NCBI GenBank assembly: GCA_049322255.1
Contig: JBMORE010000144.1
Coordinates: 1 to 64,000 of the forward strand
Reading direction: 5' to 3'
Length of the DNA stretch: 64,000 nt
Origin: Myxococcota bacterium
GTDB lineage: Bacteria; Myxococcota; Myxococcia; Myxococcales; Myxococcaceae
This document shows, piece by piece, positions 21,701 to 29,673 of this stretch (position 1 is its first letter; each line of letters begins with the position of its first letter). The position numbers and the translations under genes are program-made. The notes under the pieces are model-generated. The model did no database searches. It saw only the letters and a list, made by a program, of their open reading frames with translations, and was not told the origin of the DNA.

Positions 21701-22455
21701 GCATTCCACCGGTACCTTGCCCGGGTGGACACCGTGGGGCGGCCGACTTCATAAGCGCTGGGGGCGGGAAGAACGAACAAAGCCCCTTGCGGGCCCACCA
21801 CGTCGAGCGCCTCGCCGCGGGCCTCCAATCGAATCTCAGGGTCCAGCTGAAGCTGTCCCTCGCTCGCCCGCACGCCCTCGGTCACCCGCCGCAAGGTCCG
21901 CTGGGCCGCCTCTGGAGAAGAGAGGATGAGGTTGTGCTTGAGTCCGCCCCTGAGCACTTGGAACTCCTCCACGCAGCCCGGCTCTGCGAGCTCGTAGAGG
22001 GCCCACGCCCCTTGGGCGCGAACGGGCTCGCTCCTTCCCTGCGAGGGCATCGGCCGCCAAGAGAAGCCGAACCCGCTTCGGCGCTCCTCGATGCGCACCG
22101 GCTCGTCTGCTCCCAGCACGCGGGGGAAGCGCGCCCGCACCAGGTTTCTTTCCATCGCCAGCCCGCCGCGCTCGGTCGGCGCCAACGCGGGGATGATGTC
22201 CTTCCACGTCCCGTCATCGTCGAGATAGCCGCGCGGTCCCAAGGAGATGGCGGCGGTGGTGGTGCCGTCGGCGCGGTGCAAGAGCTCGGTGGTGGCGCTC
22301 ACCCGCTCGCGGAAGAGCACCGCGGCGCTGGACGAGGGAAGGGTCGTCTCCTCCGGGGACCGATCGCAGGAGGTGAGCGCTCCCGCCCAAAGAGCGAAGA
22401 ACGGAAAGGTGGTGAAGACGGCCCAGCTGCGCAAGCGTCGACGACGTTGCTTCAT
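15703..22455 (-). CDS. Giant secreted or lipoprotein multi-domain surface protein (IPT/TIG, beta-helix-like Gly/Asn/Thr repeats, jelly-roll domains, multiple Ig-like, PKD), frameshifted at the G17 tract
   Basis: 2250-aa ORF. Lipobox-like GALTSC, APTVTRVSPSS (IPT), WSAAANWTPAGVP, DDFES...YIDDV domains, repeated PGPAAxLxF Ig-like units. The PKD domain (WRFGDGS) is cut by the homopolymer. Confidence 0.85.
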   Translation of the reverse strand: MKQRRRRLRSWAVFTTFPFFALWAGALTSCDRSPEETTLPSSSAAVLFRERVSATTELLHRADGTTTAAISLGPRGYLDDDGTWKDIIPALAPTERGGLAMERNLVRARFPRVLGADEPVRIEERRSGFGFSWRPMPSQGRSEPVRAQGAWALYELAEPGCVEEFQVLRGGLKHNLILSSPEAAQRTLRRVTEGVRASEGQLQLDPEIRLEARGEALDVVGPQGALFVLPAPSAYEVGRPTVSTRARYRWNAATGVLAVEVDEAWLLAPERQYPVAVDPPATVLSSYSAQVVGSGPTGPGSLVAGPNALSLGRIGGEYSQLALKFDVRALPPSTTVTSVALNVFFAASGSGGSYDIHLARLTVDPQTTEAGALFADGVHLAQPDYATITGQTLNCGCWINGGNPLTQSGTSLGATGVADLQNALSRGSFFLGMHVPSYSNNRYAVPHGMFDPNEPELYVDFTTGAPTVTRVSPSSASAGSSVNALVRGTGFRGQAGTTVALTPVGGGASTVVTVSYVSASEVQIAIPGSLAAGVYDVLATTSGGTSASSPAARFTVTTLKTWNGSASSSWSAAANWTPAGVPTPSSLVVVPSSTPPCNLDASASVHALQLTGGQLSTLGNSLTVAQDISVESGTLTMGSGTLYVGGHFFQGGGTFNAGTGTVEFNNPAPGRRTVLSRGRVLADDFESPSPPWSSTTTGAAFPWTVQSKYSVSPSQAYYQQGNQTSAGVARLTPLSPFSLVGRSTATLRWKHRFRINLADGVGPEAADGYVVEVSTNNGATWTSIAPSSTSVAPSAPKLLSGLCSGTGSHTGNTVTPAPGGLFAGEQPAWVQESVDLTPYVGNASVLIRFAVGWDNCNDFSPYEGVYIDDVLVTADEGQLGFNHLRLSDQAQVASYAQLQLGGNLDLSTAVNQLALGGAGLSANGNVTNAGILDRGPGGNFYVGGTFTNGGTFYAGTGSVTVGPLVNGGTFLGDIGTLTAASVNNAGTFRSGDNTVTVNGDLSNGGAFHARGSSLTVAGNLSNSGAIDVGTATLALTGSGATTVSGGGGYRQSAFRAAVFYDGFESGNFTTGGWVRTAGSTPPDSQVVNTPPGVGSRVANLAAGDQWLDNWITKAVSTSGRYGIFLSYGRATSTAAGTYGFDAEYSTNGGATWKRAQSIAGQFTYVTDSINLSALDPAVDNNPNFQFRFHSFTGQIGNYVYVDEVRLESGTDGVGHLSISGGGTKTLQPSNATNTFQVGGALNLAAGTLRVAGGKTLAIDNVSAFSSSSSAGTTLDIEPGARLALSGNTSLTIRGLLELLGTSASPSSVTSTDVVTPGRYALTVTGSFRGQYFDIDYANAQGLNLAAGCQVLQLDDGTFHRPPAAGALLTLGATALPSASTNCQFLNESGVNGAVSVNGSLNPSPLRFEFASGPLAGEPFDLDFGGQTPGNIVWGPTALVFTSPPRTAGAGVCTSISVAVRDPSDSPTTVAQALLLGLASSSTGNTFYADSGCTSTTTSATIGAGADAVTFYFRDTRLGTPTITVSAPGFTSIDQVQTIVPGPAAVLAFTASPASGTAGAPLSPLQVEVRDAVGNRVDSSTASITLTLGNNPTGATLSGGGPQAAVAGIASFAAASLNRTGNGYTLVASSTGLASETSGPFDVGPGPAAAVVFTTVAQTVQAGDCSAVATVEVRDALGNPSPTAGTLTLSASSATLGFFAASDATCALALAPSVLLDGSVATASFRFRDVTPGNPSLTVAPSFAASSAVQVQTITPAPASSLVFLSAAPQLSAGACSGPIQLEVRNTLGQSAAVGTSTPISLSTTSANGGFFTDVNCQTATPSTTVPAGQAQASPVYYRDTTAGAPTLTASATNLTSATQVARIDPGAAAVLRVAGFPSPIARGVAGAFTVTAHDAFGNVATSYQGTVRFFSTDSAAQRPPDYSFTAADMGTRGFFATLNTVGVHELEATDLANASVTGKQVGIQVDPGPAAALRVSGITSPTQVGAPHDVTVEVVDTAGNRVTGFTGTVQFQSTDATAVLPPSFAFTPADAGLHLFTAALSFGSPGTFDVTVVVVGNAAVRGTQSGIVVAPAPGPVILEDANLRAAVNVPYRYNASGSVRAVGTPPLLYERCGGPAGFQVDAASGAVRWTPAAPGSTALCVRVSNPEGEDRYELAVDVASGAAPSPVVAAFTATPTTGPAALTVAYDASASKGDPSALPLLFHWRFGDGSSPGEGVATSRRFLLAGGYRTVLTAFDTLGAGPPPPPRCSR
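15717..15733 (+). repeat. G17 homopolymer (C17 on the coding strand) at the frameshift
   Basis: 17 consecutive G. A run of 15 or 18 would fuse the two ORFs. Confidence 0.95.
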
Positions 22456-22580
22456 GTGGCGCCCCCTTGGGTCGGGCCCCGAGTATACCGAGGTCGCGCG
22501 CGATCTACTTTGCTCAGATGTGAGTGCGCCGCTTGGAGCGGGCGGAAGTATGATGGCGTCGCACCTCGGGGGACTACCAC

Positions 22581-24134
22581 TTGTTCCGAGCGCTCACACT
22601 GGCCGTTGGATTGATTGCCACTTTCGCTTTTGCAGAGGAGGAAGTCTCCGCGCGGCTTCCTGACGCGAGCACGGAGCTCTTTCGCCTTTCCCTTTCCGCG
22701 GGGCTTTCTGCGCGCGCGTCGCAGCAGAACGACGGAGCGCTGCCCGTGCGAATGGGCGGCAGCTCTCCTACCCAGCTTCGACTCTCGGCCGCGTACTTCC
22801 TCGCTCCTCGGTGGGGTGTGGCGGTGAATGCGGGAGGTGACTGGTTCGTTGCCACCGGAGCGGACACCCGCGGGCAGCCGGCGTCGGTCGGGGTGGCGGG
22901 TATGCGGCTGAGTGGAGCGCTCGCCGCCCGAATGCCGCTCACCTCCGCTGTCTCCGCCGAGGCACAGCTAGGGTACGGCGTGGGCGCGCTGCCTGCGCTC
23001 AGCGCCTCCACGGGCGAGGTGGTCTCTTCGCCAGTCACCTTTCACGGCCCCCTCGCCGCGGTGGAGCTGGCCTACGACGCGGAAACGTTCTTCTCGGGCC
23101 GTCTCTACGCTCGGGTCCTGCCGTTCGCGTTGAGCGCGTCTGTGGGCGGCTTGCCCGTTCAGGCCTCTTCTTACGCGGGCGGCGCCCAGCTGGGGCTTGG
23201 CCGCTTCGACGCCGGCAGCCTTCGTTTTTCACCGGTGGTCGACTACGAGTTGGGCCTTTCTTCGGCAGCGCGAGAGACCTTCACCCTCTCCCAGACCGTC
23301 CATCGCTTCGGGGTGGGCCTTCGGGCCTCACATTCTCCGAAAGAATTCTCGGTGGCGAAGGTCGAGCGGCCACGCACGGGCCCCGGGCGACTCCGCGGGC
23401 GGGTGCTCTTTGCCGAAGGGCAGCGTCCCGCGGTCGGTGCGAGCGTCGAGGTCGCCGGCAGTCCTTCGGTGAAAACCGACGCGCGCGGCGAGTTCTTCAT
23501 CCCCCAAGTCGGTCCGGGGCCGGTGCAGCTCAAAGCGCTCGCTCCAGGACACCGGCCGCTGACGCAGGAGGTGCACGTCACCGCGGAAGAAGAGGTGGCG
23601 GTGACGCTCGAGCTGGTCAAGCCCACCGGCCCTGGCGTCATTCGCGGAGTGGTTCTCTTGGAGAAGCCGGAGGGTCCCCTCGCCGACGTCGAAGTGGCCG
23701 CGGAGGGGGCGGAGCCGGTTCGTTCGGGGCCCGACGGCTCCTTCGTGCTCACCGCCGTCGGCCCAGGCCCGGTCACGGTGACTGCGCGCGCCCAGGGCTT
23801 TCAGGCGGCGGAGGAGATTGTTCAGGTGCCTCCCGAGGCGGAAGCCACGGTGACGCTCCTGGTGCGCAAGAAAGACCAGCCCAAGCCGCTCGCCACCCTG
23901 CGTGGGCTGGTACGCTCGGCGTCGGGACGGCCGGTGCCAGCCGTGGTGCGCATTCCCGAGGCGAAGGTGAGCACCCAGGTGAACGCCGACGGACGGTTCG
24001 TGATTCGGCTCCCCGGGGGGCGGTACACGCTGGTCATCGAGGCCCAGGGCTTCGTGGGACAGACGAAGTCGATTGACGTCGCCGACGGAGACCAAGCCAT
24101 TCTCCACTACGACTTGCGGCCGGTGACGCGATGA
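22581..24134 (+). CDS. Exported protein with a probable N-terminal outer-membrane beta-barrel and three carboxypeptidase-regulatory-like (prealbumin-fold) domains
   Basis: Signal peptide, alternating amphipathic strands, then three GxLRGxV...DGxF...A(P/Q)G(F/H) repeats. Confidence 0.7.
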   Translation: MFRALTLAVGLIATFAFAEEEVSARLPDASTELFRLSLSAGLSARASQQNDGALPVRMGGSSPTQLRLSAAYFLAPRWGVAVNAGGDWFVATGADTRGQPASVGVAGMRLSGALAARMPLTSAVSAEAQLGYGVGALPALSASTGEVVSSPVTFHGPLAAVELAYDAETFFSGRLYARVLPFALSASVGGLPVQASSYAGGAQLGLGRFDAGSLRFSPVVDYELGLSSAARETFTLSQTVHRFGVGLRASHSPKEFSVAKVERPRTGPGRLRGRVLFAEGQRPAVGASVEVAGSPSVKTDARGEFFIPQVGPGPVQLKALAPGHRPLTQEVHVTAEEEVAVTLELVKPTGPGVIRGVVLLEKPEGPLADVEVAAEGAEPVRSGPDGSFVLTAVGPGPVTVTARAQGFQAAEEIVQVPPEAEATVTLLVRKKDQPKPLATLRGLVRSASGRPVPAVVRIPEAKVSTQVNADGRFVIRLPGGRYTLVIEAQGFVGQTKSIDVADGDQAILHYDLRPVTR

Positions 24135-26044
24135 GGGTCTCGAAGGCCTTTGGGGTCCGCGCCGGCTCTATCTGGCTGGTCCTCGCCGCCTTGGGTTGCT
24201 CCAAAGACGAGCCCGACGCGCCTCCCGTCGCCCAGCTGGCGAGCCTGTCGGGCCCGGTGTCTTTGGCGCGCAAAGAAGCCTCCGCGCGCCCAGCGCAGGT
24301 CGAGCCCCTCTTCGCCGGAGACCTCCTCTCCACCGGCGAAGGCGCGCGGGCACTTTTGCGAGCCATGGACGGGCGCGAGCTCGAGCTGGGTGAGCGCACC
24401 ACCTTTCGGCTCGGCGCCACCTTAGGAAGGGTCACGGTGGAGCTTCAGGAAGGCGTGATTTCGGTGTTGCCGGGCGTCGGGGGCAGCGCCGAGCCCTTGC
24501 CCATCGACACCCCTTACGGCCGCACGCTGCTCACCCCCGACGCGAAAGCCAAGCTGGCGTTGGAGCCCAAGGGGCTGGTGGTCGATTTGGCGATGGGCTC
24601 CATCAGTGTCGTCGACGAGGACGGAGGAACCCACTCCGCTCACGCCGGACAGCGCATGCGCTTCACCGTGGGAGCCATCGAAATCCTCGACGAAGCAGAA
24701 GACGCGCCCAAGAAGGTCGAGCTGGCCATGCTCGGGGTGGAGCTGATTCCCGAGGCGGGCACCCCGCGGCTTCGCGCCAAGGGCGCTCGCAAGTACACCG
24801 CTGCCGCCAAGGGCCCGCAGGTGTTGGGAGAAGGGACCTCCTTCTTGCTCCCCAAGGCTTCGCGGGCGCGCCTGGTCACCGACGGGCTGGCGGTGCGGCT
24901 GCGCTCGGAGGCGGTGGGCACGATGAACCGGGCGACGGCCAGCGACCGGGGACGGGAGCTGGAGGTCAAGCTGGACAAGGGAGCCGCGTCGGTCGTCTTC
25001 GCGGGCAAGGGGCCCACCGCGCTGAAGCTGCTCGGGGCGGCGGCGTCCGCTCGTGTCGTAAGCTCGCAGGAGGCGGCGGTGGAAGTGCTGCACACCAGCG
25101 CAGGTCCCCGGCTGGAGGTGATTGCGGGAGAGGTCGAGGTCGACTCCGGCGGCAAGACCCAACGGGTGCGCGCGGGCGAGACGGCGTCGGTGGGAGCGTC
25201 GGCAATCACCGTGCAGGCGGGCGCTCGGCCGCTTCTGGTGCTTCCGGTGGAGAAGCGTGTGCGCGTCTACGGGCTGGGGCCTCGCGAGGTGGGGCTGGCG
25301 GTGCCCGGTGGGCCGCAGCGGGTTCAAGTGGCGACGGACGCGGAGCTCTCCGACCTGCTCGCTTCGGGCCAGGCGGGTGAGTGGGTGACCGTCACCGCGC
25401 CCGCCGTCGGTGCGCTCCACTGGCGCGTGCTCGACGCCGCGGGGGCGGTCGCCCACACCGGCTCGGCGCAGTTTCTTGCCGACCGCACCGCGAGTCGTGA
25501 TACCGGCGCACGCAGCGATACCGTGGCCGAGACCGGCCTCAAGGCGACGGTGTACTTCCAGAGCGCGCTGCCCTCGCTCACCTTCACCTTCCCCGCTCAG
25601 GAGGAAGCGAAGGGGTACCGGCTCAAGGTCTTCCGCGCGTCCGACCTCAAGGTGCCGGTGGTGGAGCGGGATTCGCGGGAGAACCGTTGCACCGTCGAGT
25701 CGGGCGCGCTCTCCGAGGGCAGCTACGTGTGGTTCGCCAGCCCGCTGGACGAGGCAGGCAACGAGACGGCCGGCGGGCGGATGAACAAGATGGAGATTCT
25801 CTACGACAACTCGCTCACCACCCTCTCCATCACCCGGCCGCGCCCGGGGGAGCGGCAGTCGGCGAGCGCGCAGGCCGCGGGGGTGGCACCCCTCAAGTCC
25901 AAACTTTACGTCAACGGCAAGCCGGCTCCCCTCGATGCCCAAGGCCGCTTCGAGGCGCCCATCGGCAAGGTCGCCACGGTGGTCTTCCACCTGGTGGCGG
26001 CGGATGGCGGGGAGAGCTATTGGGTGCGCCGGCTGGCCCGCTGA
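24131..26044 (+). CDS. FecR-like domain lipoprotein
   Basis: Lipobox LAALGC, LFAGDLLSTGEGARALL...LELGERT FecR-like pattern, LEVIAGEVEV. ATGA overlap with the upstream gene. Confidence 0.65.
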   Translation: MRVSKAFGVRAGSIWLVLAALGCSKDEPDAPPVAQLASLSGPVSLARKEASARPAQVEPLFAGDLLSTGEGARALLRAMDGRELELGERTTFRLGATLGRVTVELQEGVISVLPGVGGSAEPLPIDTPYGRTLLTPDAKAKLALEPKGLVVDLAMGSISVVDEDGGTHSAHAGQRMRFTVGAIEILDEAEDAPKKVELAMLGVELIPEAGTPRLRAKGARKYTAAAKGPQVLGEGTSFLLPKASRARLVTDGLAVRLRSEAVGTMNRATASDRGRELEVKLDKGAASVVFAGKGPTALKLLGAAASARVVSSQEAAVEVLHTSAGPRLEVIAGEVEVDSGGKTQRVRAGETASVGASAITVQAGARPLLVLPVEKRVRVYGLGPREVGLAVPGGPQRVQVATDAELSDLLASGQAGEWVTVTAPAVGALHWRVLDAAGAVAHTGSAQFLADRTASRDTGARSDTVAETGLKATVYFQSALPSLTFTFPAQEEAKGYRLKVFRASDLKVPVVERDSRENRCTVESGALSEGSYVWFASPLDEAGNETAGGRMNKMEILYDNSLTTLSITRPRPGERQSASAQAAGVAPLKSKLYVNGKPAPLDAQGRFEAPIGKVATVVFHLVAADGGESYWVRRLAR

Positions 26045-26673
26045 AGTGCTTTGGCCACCACCCTTTTCCACCCGCGGGCTTGCCCGGCGCTGACGAAGCG
26101 CAAATTGATTCCGATGGCGTACTCCTCCTCGAGCTGGAAACAAGACGTCACCCGCCCGCGGAGCAGCGGCGGCCAGACGAAGGCGAAGGGAAGCGGCCAC
26201 ACGCGCATGGAGATGTCGGCGTTCACCGCGTAGGGGCTCTTGGTCACCAGACACAGTCCCTCGTCGCTCACGTTGATGGTGTGGGCGCGCGTGCGCCGGC
26301 CCTCCCGATGGACCGTCGCCGAGAGCATGACGGGCACGCGCTTGCTGCGGCGTTTGCCCCAGGGCACTTGGTCTCCGCGGGCCAGCGCGAGCAAGAGCTC
26401 GCGGCGCCCTTCCTGGCCGGCGGCGAACTCCAACCTCCAGCCCGCTGGATTCGCCGCGAGCCGCTCAATCACCCGGCAGTGGGCGATGACCTCCAGGGCG
26501 CGGTCTTGGAGGCGCGCCCGAAACTCGACCAACTCCCCCACCACCGGTTGGGCGGGGAGCACTCCTCCCGGCGCCGGGGCGATGACTCGGCCCGCGGTGA
26601 GGTCGAAGGCGGAGAGCAGCTCATCGCCGTTCTTCCAGCTGACCTCGAGACGCGCTGGGCTTCGTGGGCTCAA
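26017..26673 (-). CDS. PilZ domain protein
   Basis: KRRSKRVPV (RxxxR) and INVSDEGLCL ((D/N)xSxxG) c-di-GMP-binding motifs. Confidence 0.75.
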   Translation of the reverse strand: MSPRSPARLEVSWKNGDELLSAFDLTAGRVIAPAPGGVLPAQPVVGELVEFRARLQDRALEVIAHCRVIERLAANPAGWRLEFAAGQEGRRELLLALARGDQVPWGKRRSKRVPVMLSATVHREGRRTRAHTINVSDEGLCLVTKSPYAVNADISMRVWPLPFAFVWPPLLRGRVTSCFQLEEEYAIGINLRFVSAGQARGWKRVVAKALQRASRRTQ

Positions 26674-27167
26674 GGTTTGGCTCCGGAGCGGAGGCGGCCC
26701 ACCAGCGCCTCGGTGTCGTAGAAGGTCAGCTGCGCCCCGCCCAGGTCGAGCCGTGCTCCGGAGTGCAGCTGCACCTTGGCACCAAAGGCCACCACTTGGT
26801 CCTGACAGCGAACCGGGCGCTCACTGGAAGTGGGCTGAGCCCACCAGGCGCCGGCGGCGTCTTTTTCCAGTCGAAGGTGCTCGCGCGACACGGTGGCGTC
26901 GTTGAGCACCACGTCGCACCCCGGGTCTCTACCCACCTTGAGGCTCGGCTTGCTCGCCGCCAGCTGAAAGCAGAGGGCGTCACCCTTGGCCGGCGCGGAG
27001 GGGTTCTTCTCGAGGATGATGGTTTTGACCGTCGCGGCCCGGCCCAGGGGCGCGTGCCAGTCGCCCGGTTCCCAGACCAGCCACGGCCCCGCGTGCTGTG
27101 CCCCGAACTTCTCCTTGAGCAGGAGCAGCCGGTTGGTGAGAAACGACATCATGTACGACCGAATCAT
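26670..27167 (-). CDS. FHA domain protein
   Basis: KVGRDPGCDVVLNDATVSREH (GR...SxxH) and LHSGARLDLG. Confidence 0.85.
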   Translation of the reverse strand: MIRSYMMSFLTNRLLLLKEKFGAQHAGPWLVWEPGDWHAPLGRAATVKTIILEKNPSAPAKGDALCFQLAASKPSLKVGRDPGCDVVLNDATVSREHLRLEKDAAGAWWAQPTSSERPVRCQDQVVAFGAKVQLHSGARLDLGGAQLTFYDTEALVGRLRSGAKP

Positions 27168-27256
27168 CTCGCCCTCGACAACGGGCAGGAAAACGATGCC
27201 CCGCTGGGGAAGTCAAGGGGTGATCCACGCTCCCATCTTGGCTAGGCTCGCCGTCC

Positions 27257-29602
27257 GTGGATGCCGCCCGCCAGGAGTCGGAGACGTTCGCGGGGTTTCG
27301 TTCGCTCCGTTCACTGGGGCTTTCCGGGCCGCTGCAGACGTTCTCCGCATGGTCGGACGTGCTTCAGCGTGACGTGTCGCTGACGGTCATCGCTCCCGAA
27401 GCGCTGGGCGACGCGGTGGCGGCTGCCCGGTTCGCGGAGGCAGTCAAGGCGGCAATGGGGCTTCAGCACCCGCAGGTGGCGCAGACATTTTCGGTGGCGC
27501 AGCTGCCGGACGGCCGCTGGTACGTGGCCACCGAGGCGGTGGGAACGCACACGCTGGCCACCCACCTGGCGACGGAGGGCCCCTTCAACGGCGATGACGC
27601 CGTGCAGCTGTGCTCGATGCTCTGCGAGGGGTTGAGCGCGCTTCACCACCGCGGGCTGGTGCTGCGCGACCTTCGGCCGGAGAGTGTGGCGCTCCCCGGA
27701 GGGCTTTCGGCCAACCAGCCCAAGCTCACCGGGTTGGTGTTTTCCCGGGTGCGCGTCCCCGGCCGGTCCATCACACCCAGCGGGGAGGTGCTGCCCGCCC
27801 CCGAGTACGCCGCCCCGGAGTGCGTGCGGGGCGAGCCGGCGACCCCCAGCTCGGACGTGTATGCGATGGGGGTGCTTTTGCACACCCTGCTCACCGGGCG
27901 GCCTCCGTTCACCGCGGCGCAGCCAGCCGAGGTCTTGCGCATGCAGCTGGAGGCCACCGTGCCGGTGCTGCCCTCCGAGCACGCCCACCTCGCCAGCGTC
28001 ATCGGCCGTTGCTTGGAGAAAGACCCGGCCCGCCGTTTTTCCAGCGCGCAGGAGCTCGCTCTGTCGATGGTCAACTCCAGCGGCACCTTGGTCTCCGGCG
28101 GCCGCTCCGCGGCACCTTTCGTTTCGGCGGCGGTCACCATCACCGACGAACGGGCTCGCCGGCCCGGTCAGGAGCGGGCGGGGGACGTGCTCGGGGTCTA
28201 CGAGCTGGTGCGCTTGTTGGGCGAAGGGTCGATGGGCCGGGTATTCCTCGCGCGGCACGCGCTCTTGGGCCGGCAGGTGGCCCTCAAGATTCTCCGACCC
28301 GAGCAATACCACAGCGGAGAGCTGATTCAGCGCTTCTTCCAGGAGGCGCGCACGGTCAACCAAATCAACCACGAGCACATCGTGGAGATTTTCGACTTCG
28401 TGCAGGAGATGGGGCCCGAGGGGCCCTCGCTGGTCTACTGCGTGATGGAGCTGTTGCAGGGGCAGAGCCTCGCCGAGCGGCTCGAAGAGGGGCCGCTGCC
28501 CATCCGCCGGAGCGTGGGCATCATGCTGCAACTGTGCGACGCGCTCGAGGCCTCGCACCGAGTGGGGGTGGTGCACCGAGACATCAAGCCCGACAACATC
28601 TTTCTCACCGAGCGCAGCGGGCAGCACGACTACGTCAAGGTGCTCGACTTCGGGGTGGCCAAGCTGACCCGGCCGGAGAACGACGCGCCCCTGGTGTCCA
28701 CCATGGATGGCGCGATCATCGGGACGCCCACGTGCATGGCTCCCGAGCAGGCGGCGGGGATGACCGTCGACCACCGCGCCGACATCTACGCCGCCGGCGT
28801 CATTCTCTACCTGATGCTCTCCGGCAAGCTGCCCTTCGAGGGGAAGACCTTCGGCGCGCTGGCGGCCCAAGTCATCACCCAACCTCCGCCTTCGCTTCCT
28901 GACGCCAGCCCGAGCGGAGAGCACCTTCCGCCCAAGCTGAAGGCGGTGGTGCTCAAGTGCTTGGAGAAGGACGTCGCTCACCGGCCGCAGTCGATGGCCG
29001 AGCTGAAGGCGGCGCTGGCGCCGTTCGCCGCCACCGAGGCCGAGCGGTACGAGCATCGTCCGGCCGGGCGTTGGAAGACGTTGGCCCTCGCCGGACTGGG
29101 AGTGGCGATTCTGGGAGTCGCTGCGGTAGCGGTGATGCGTGCGCGCCCCTCGAGCATTGAGCCGCCGCCGGCGGTGGTGCCTTCCCCCGCGCAGGTGGCC
29201 CCGCCCAGGCCGCCCGAGCCTTCGCCGCCGCCAGCGCCTCCGGAGCCACCGCCACCCGCAGCGAAGGTGGCGGTCTCACCGGCGAAGGCTCCGCCACCCG
29301 CGAAGGTCGGCCCTCTGACCTCAGCGGAGATTGCGCCGGTGATGGCCGCGGCCAAGAAAGACATCTCCCGCTGCATCGAGCGCCATCGAACCCAGCTCGG
29401 CTCCGAGGCGGGCCAGGTGGACATCATGTTGACCATCGCCCCCACGGGGTTGGTCACCGCCGCCCGGGTTCCCACCGCGGGGCTGGAAGGAACGCCGCTC
29501 TCGGCGTGCATCGTCAAAGAGGTCAAGCGCTTGCGCTTTCCCCGTCACACTGCCAAGCCGATGACCATCAACGTGCCCTTCGGCTACCGCGTGGGCGACT
29601 GA
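27257..29602 (+). CDS. Membrane Ser/Thr protein kinase with tandem pseudokinase and kinase domains, TM helix, Pro-rich linker and TonB-C/AgmX-like C-terminal domain
   Basis: Domain 2 has GEGSMGRV, VALK, HRDIKPDN, DFG and APE. Domain 1 is degenerate (VSLT, LRDLRPES, no DFG). C-terminus ACIVKEVKRLRFP...INVPF. Confidence 0.9.
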   Translation: MDAARQESETFAGFRSLRSLGLSGPLQTFSAWSDVLQRDVSLTVIAPEALGDAVAAARFAEAVKAAMGLQHPQVAQTFSVAQLPDGRWYVATEAVGTHTLATHLATEGPFNGDDAVQLCSMLCEGLSALHHRGLVLRDLRPESVALPGGLSANQPKLTGLVFSRVRVPGRSITPSGEVLPAPEYAAPECVRGEPATPSSDVYAMGVLLHTLLTGRPPFTAAQPAEVLRMQLEATVPVLPSEHAHLASVIGRCLEKDPARRFSSAQELALSMVNSSGTLVSGGRSAAPFVSAAVTITDERARRPGQERAGDVLGVYELVRLLGEGSMGRVFLARHALLGRQVALKILRPEQYHSGELIQRFFQEARTVNQINHEHIVEIFDFVQEMGPEGPSLVYCVMELLQGQSLAERLEEGPLPIRRSVGIMLQLCDALEASHRVGVVHRDIKPDNIFLTERSGQHDYVKVLDFGVAKLTRPENDAPLVSTMDGAIIGTPTCMAPEQAAGMTVDHRADIYAAGVILYLMLSGKLPFEGKTFGALAAQVITQPPPSLPDASPSGEHLPPKLKAVVLKCLEKDVAHRPQSMAELKAALAPFAATEAERYEHRPAGRWKTLALAGLGVAILGVAAVAVMRARPSSIEPPPAVVPSPAQVAPPRPPEPSPPPAPPEPPPPAAKVAVSPAKAPPPAKVGPLTSAEIAPVMAAAKKDISRCIERHRTQLGSEAGQVDIMLTIAPTGLVTAARVPTAGLEGTPLSACIVKEVKRLRFPRHTAKPMTINVPFGYRVGD

Positions 29603-29673
29603 AACGTTTTCCCAAACGCTTTCAGCTCCTTTCTCCTTGTCAGCTCGCCCTCCTCCTCGGTAGCTCGGGCGTC

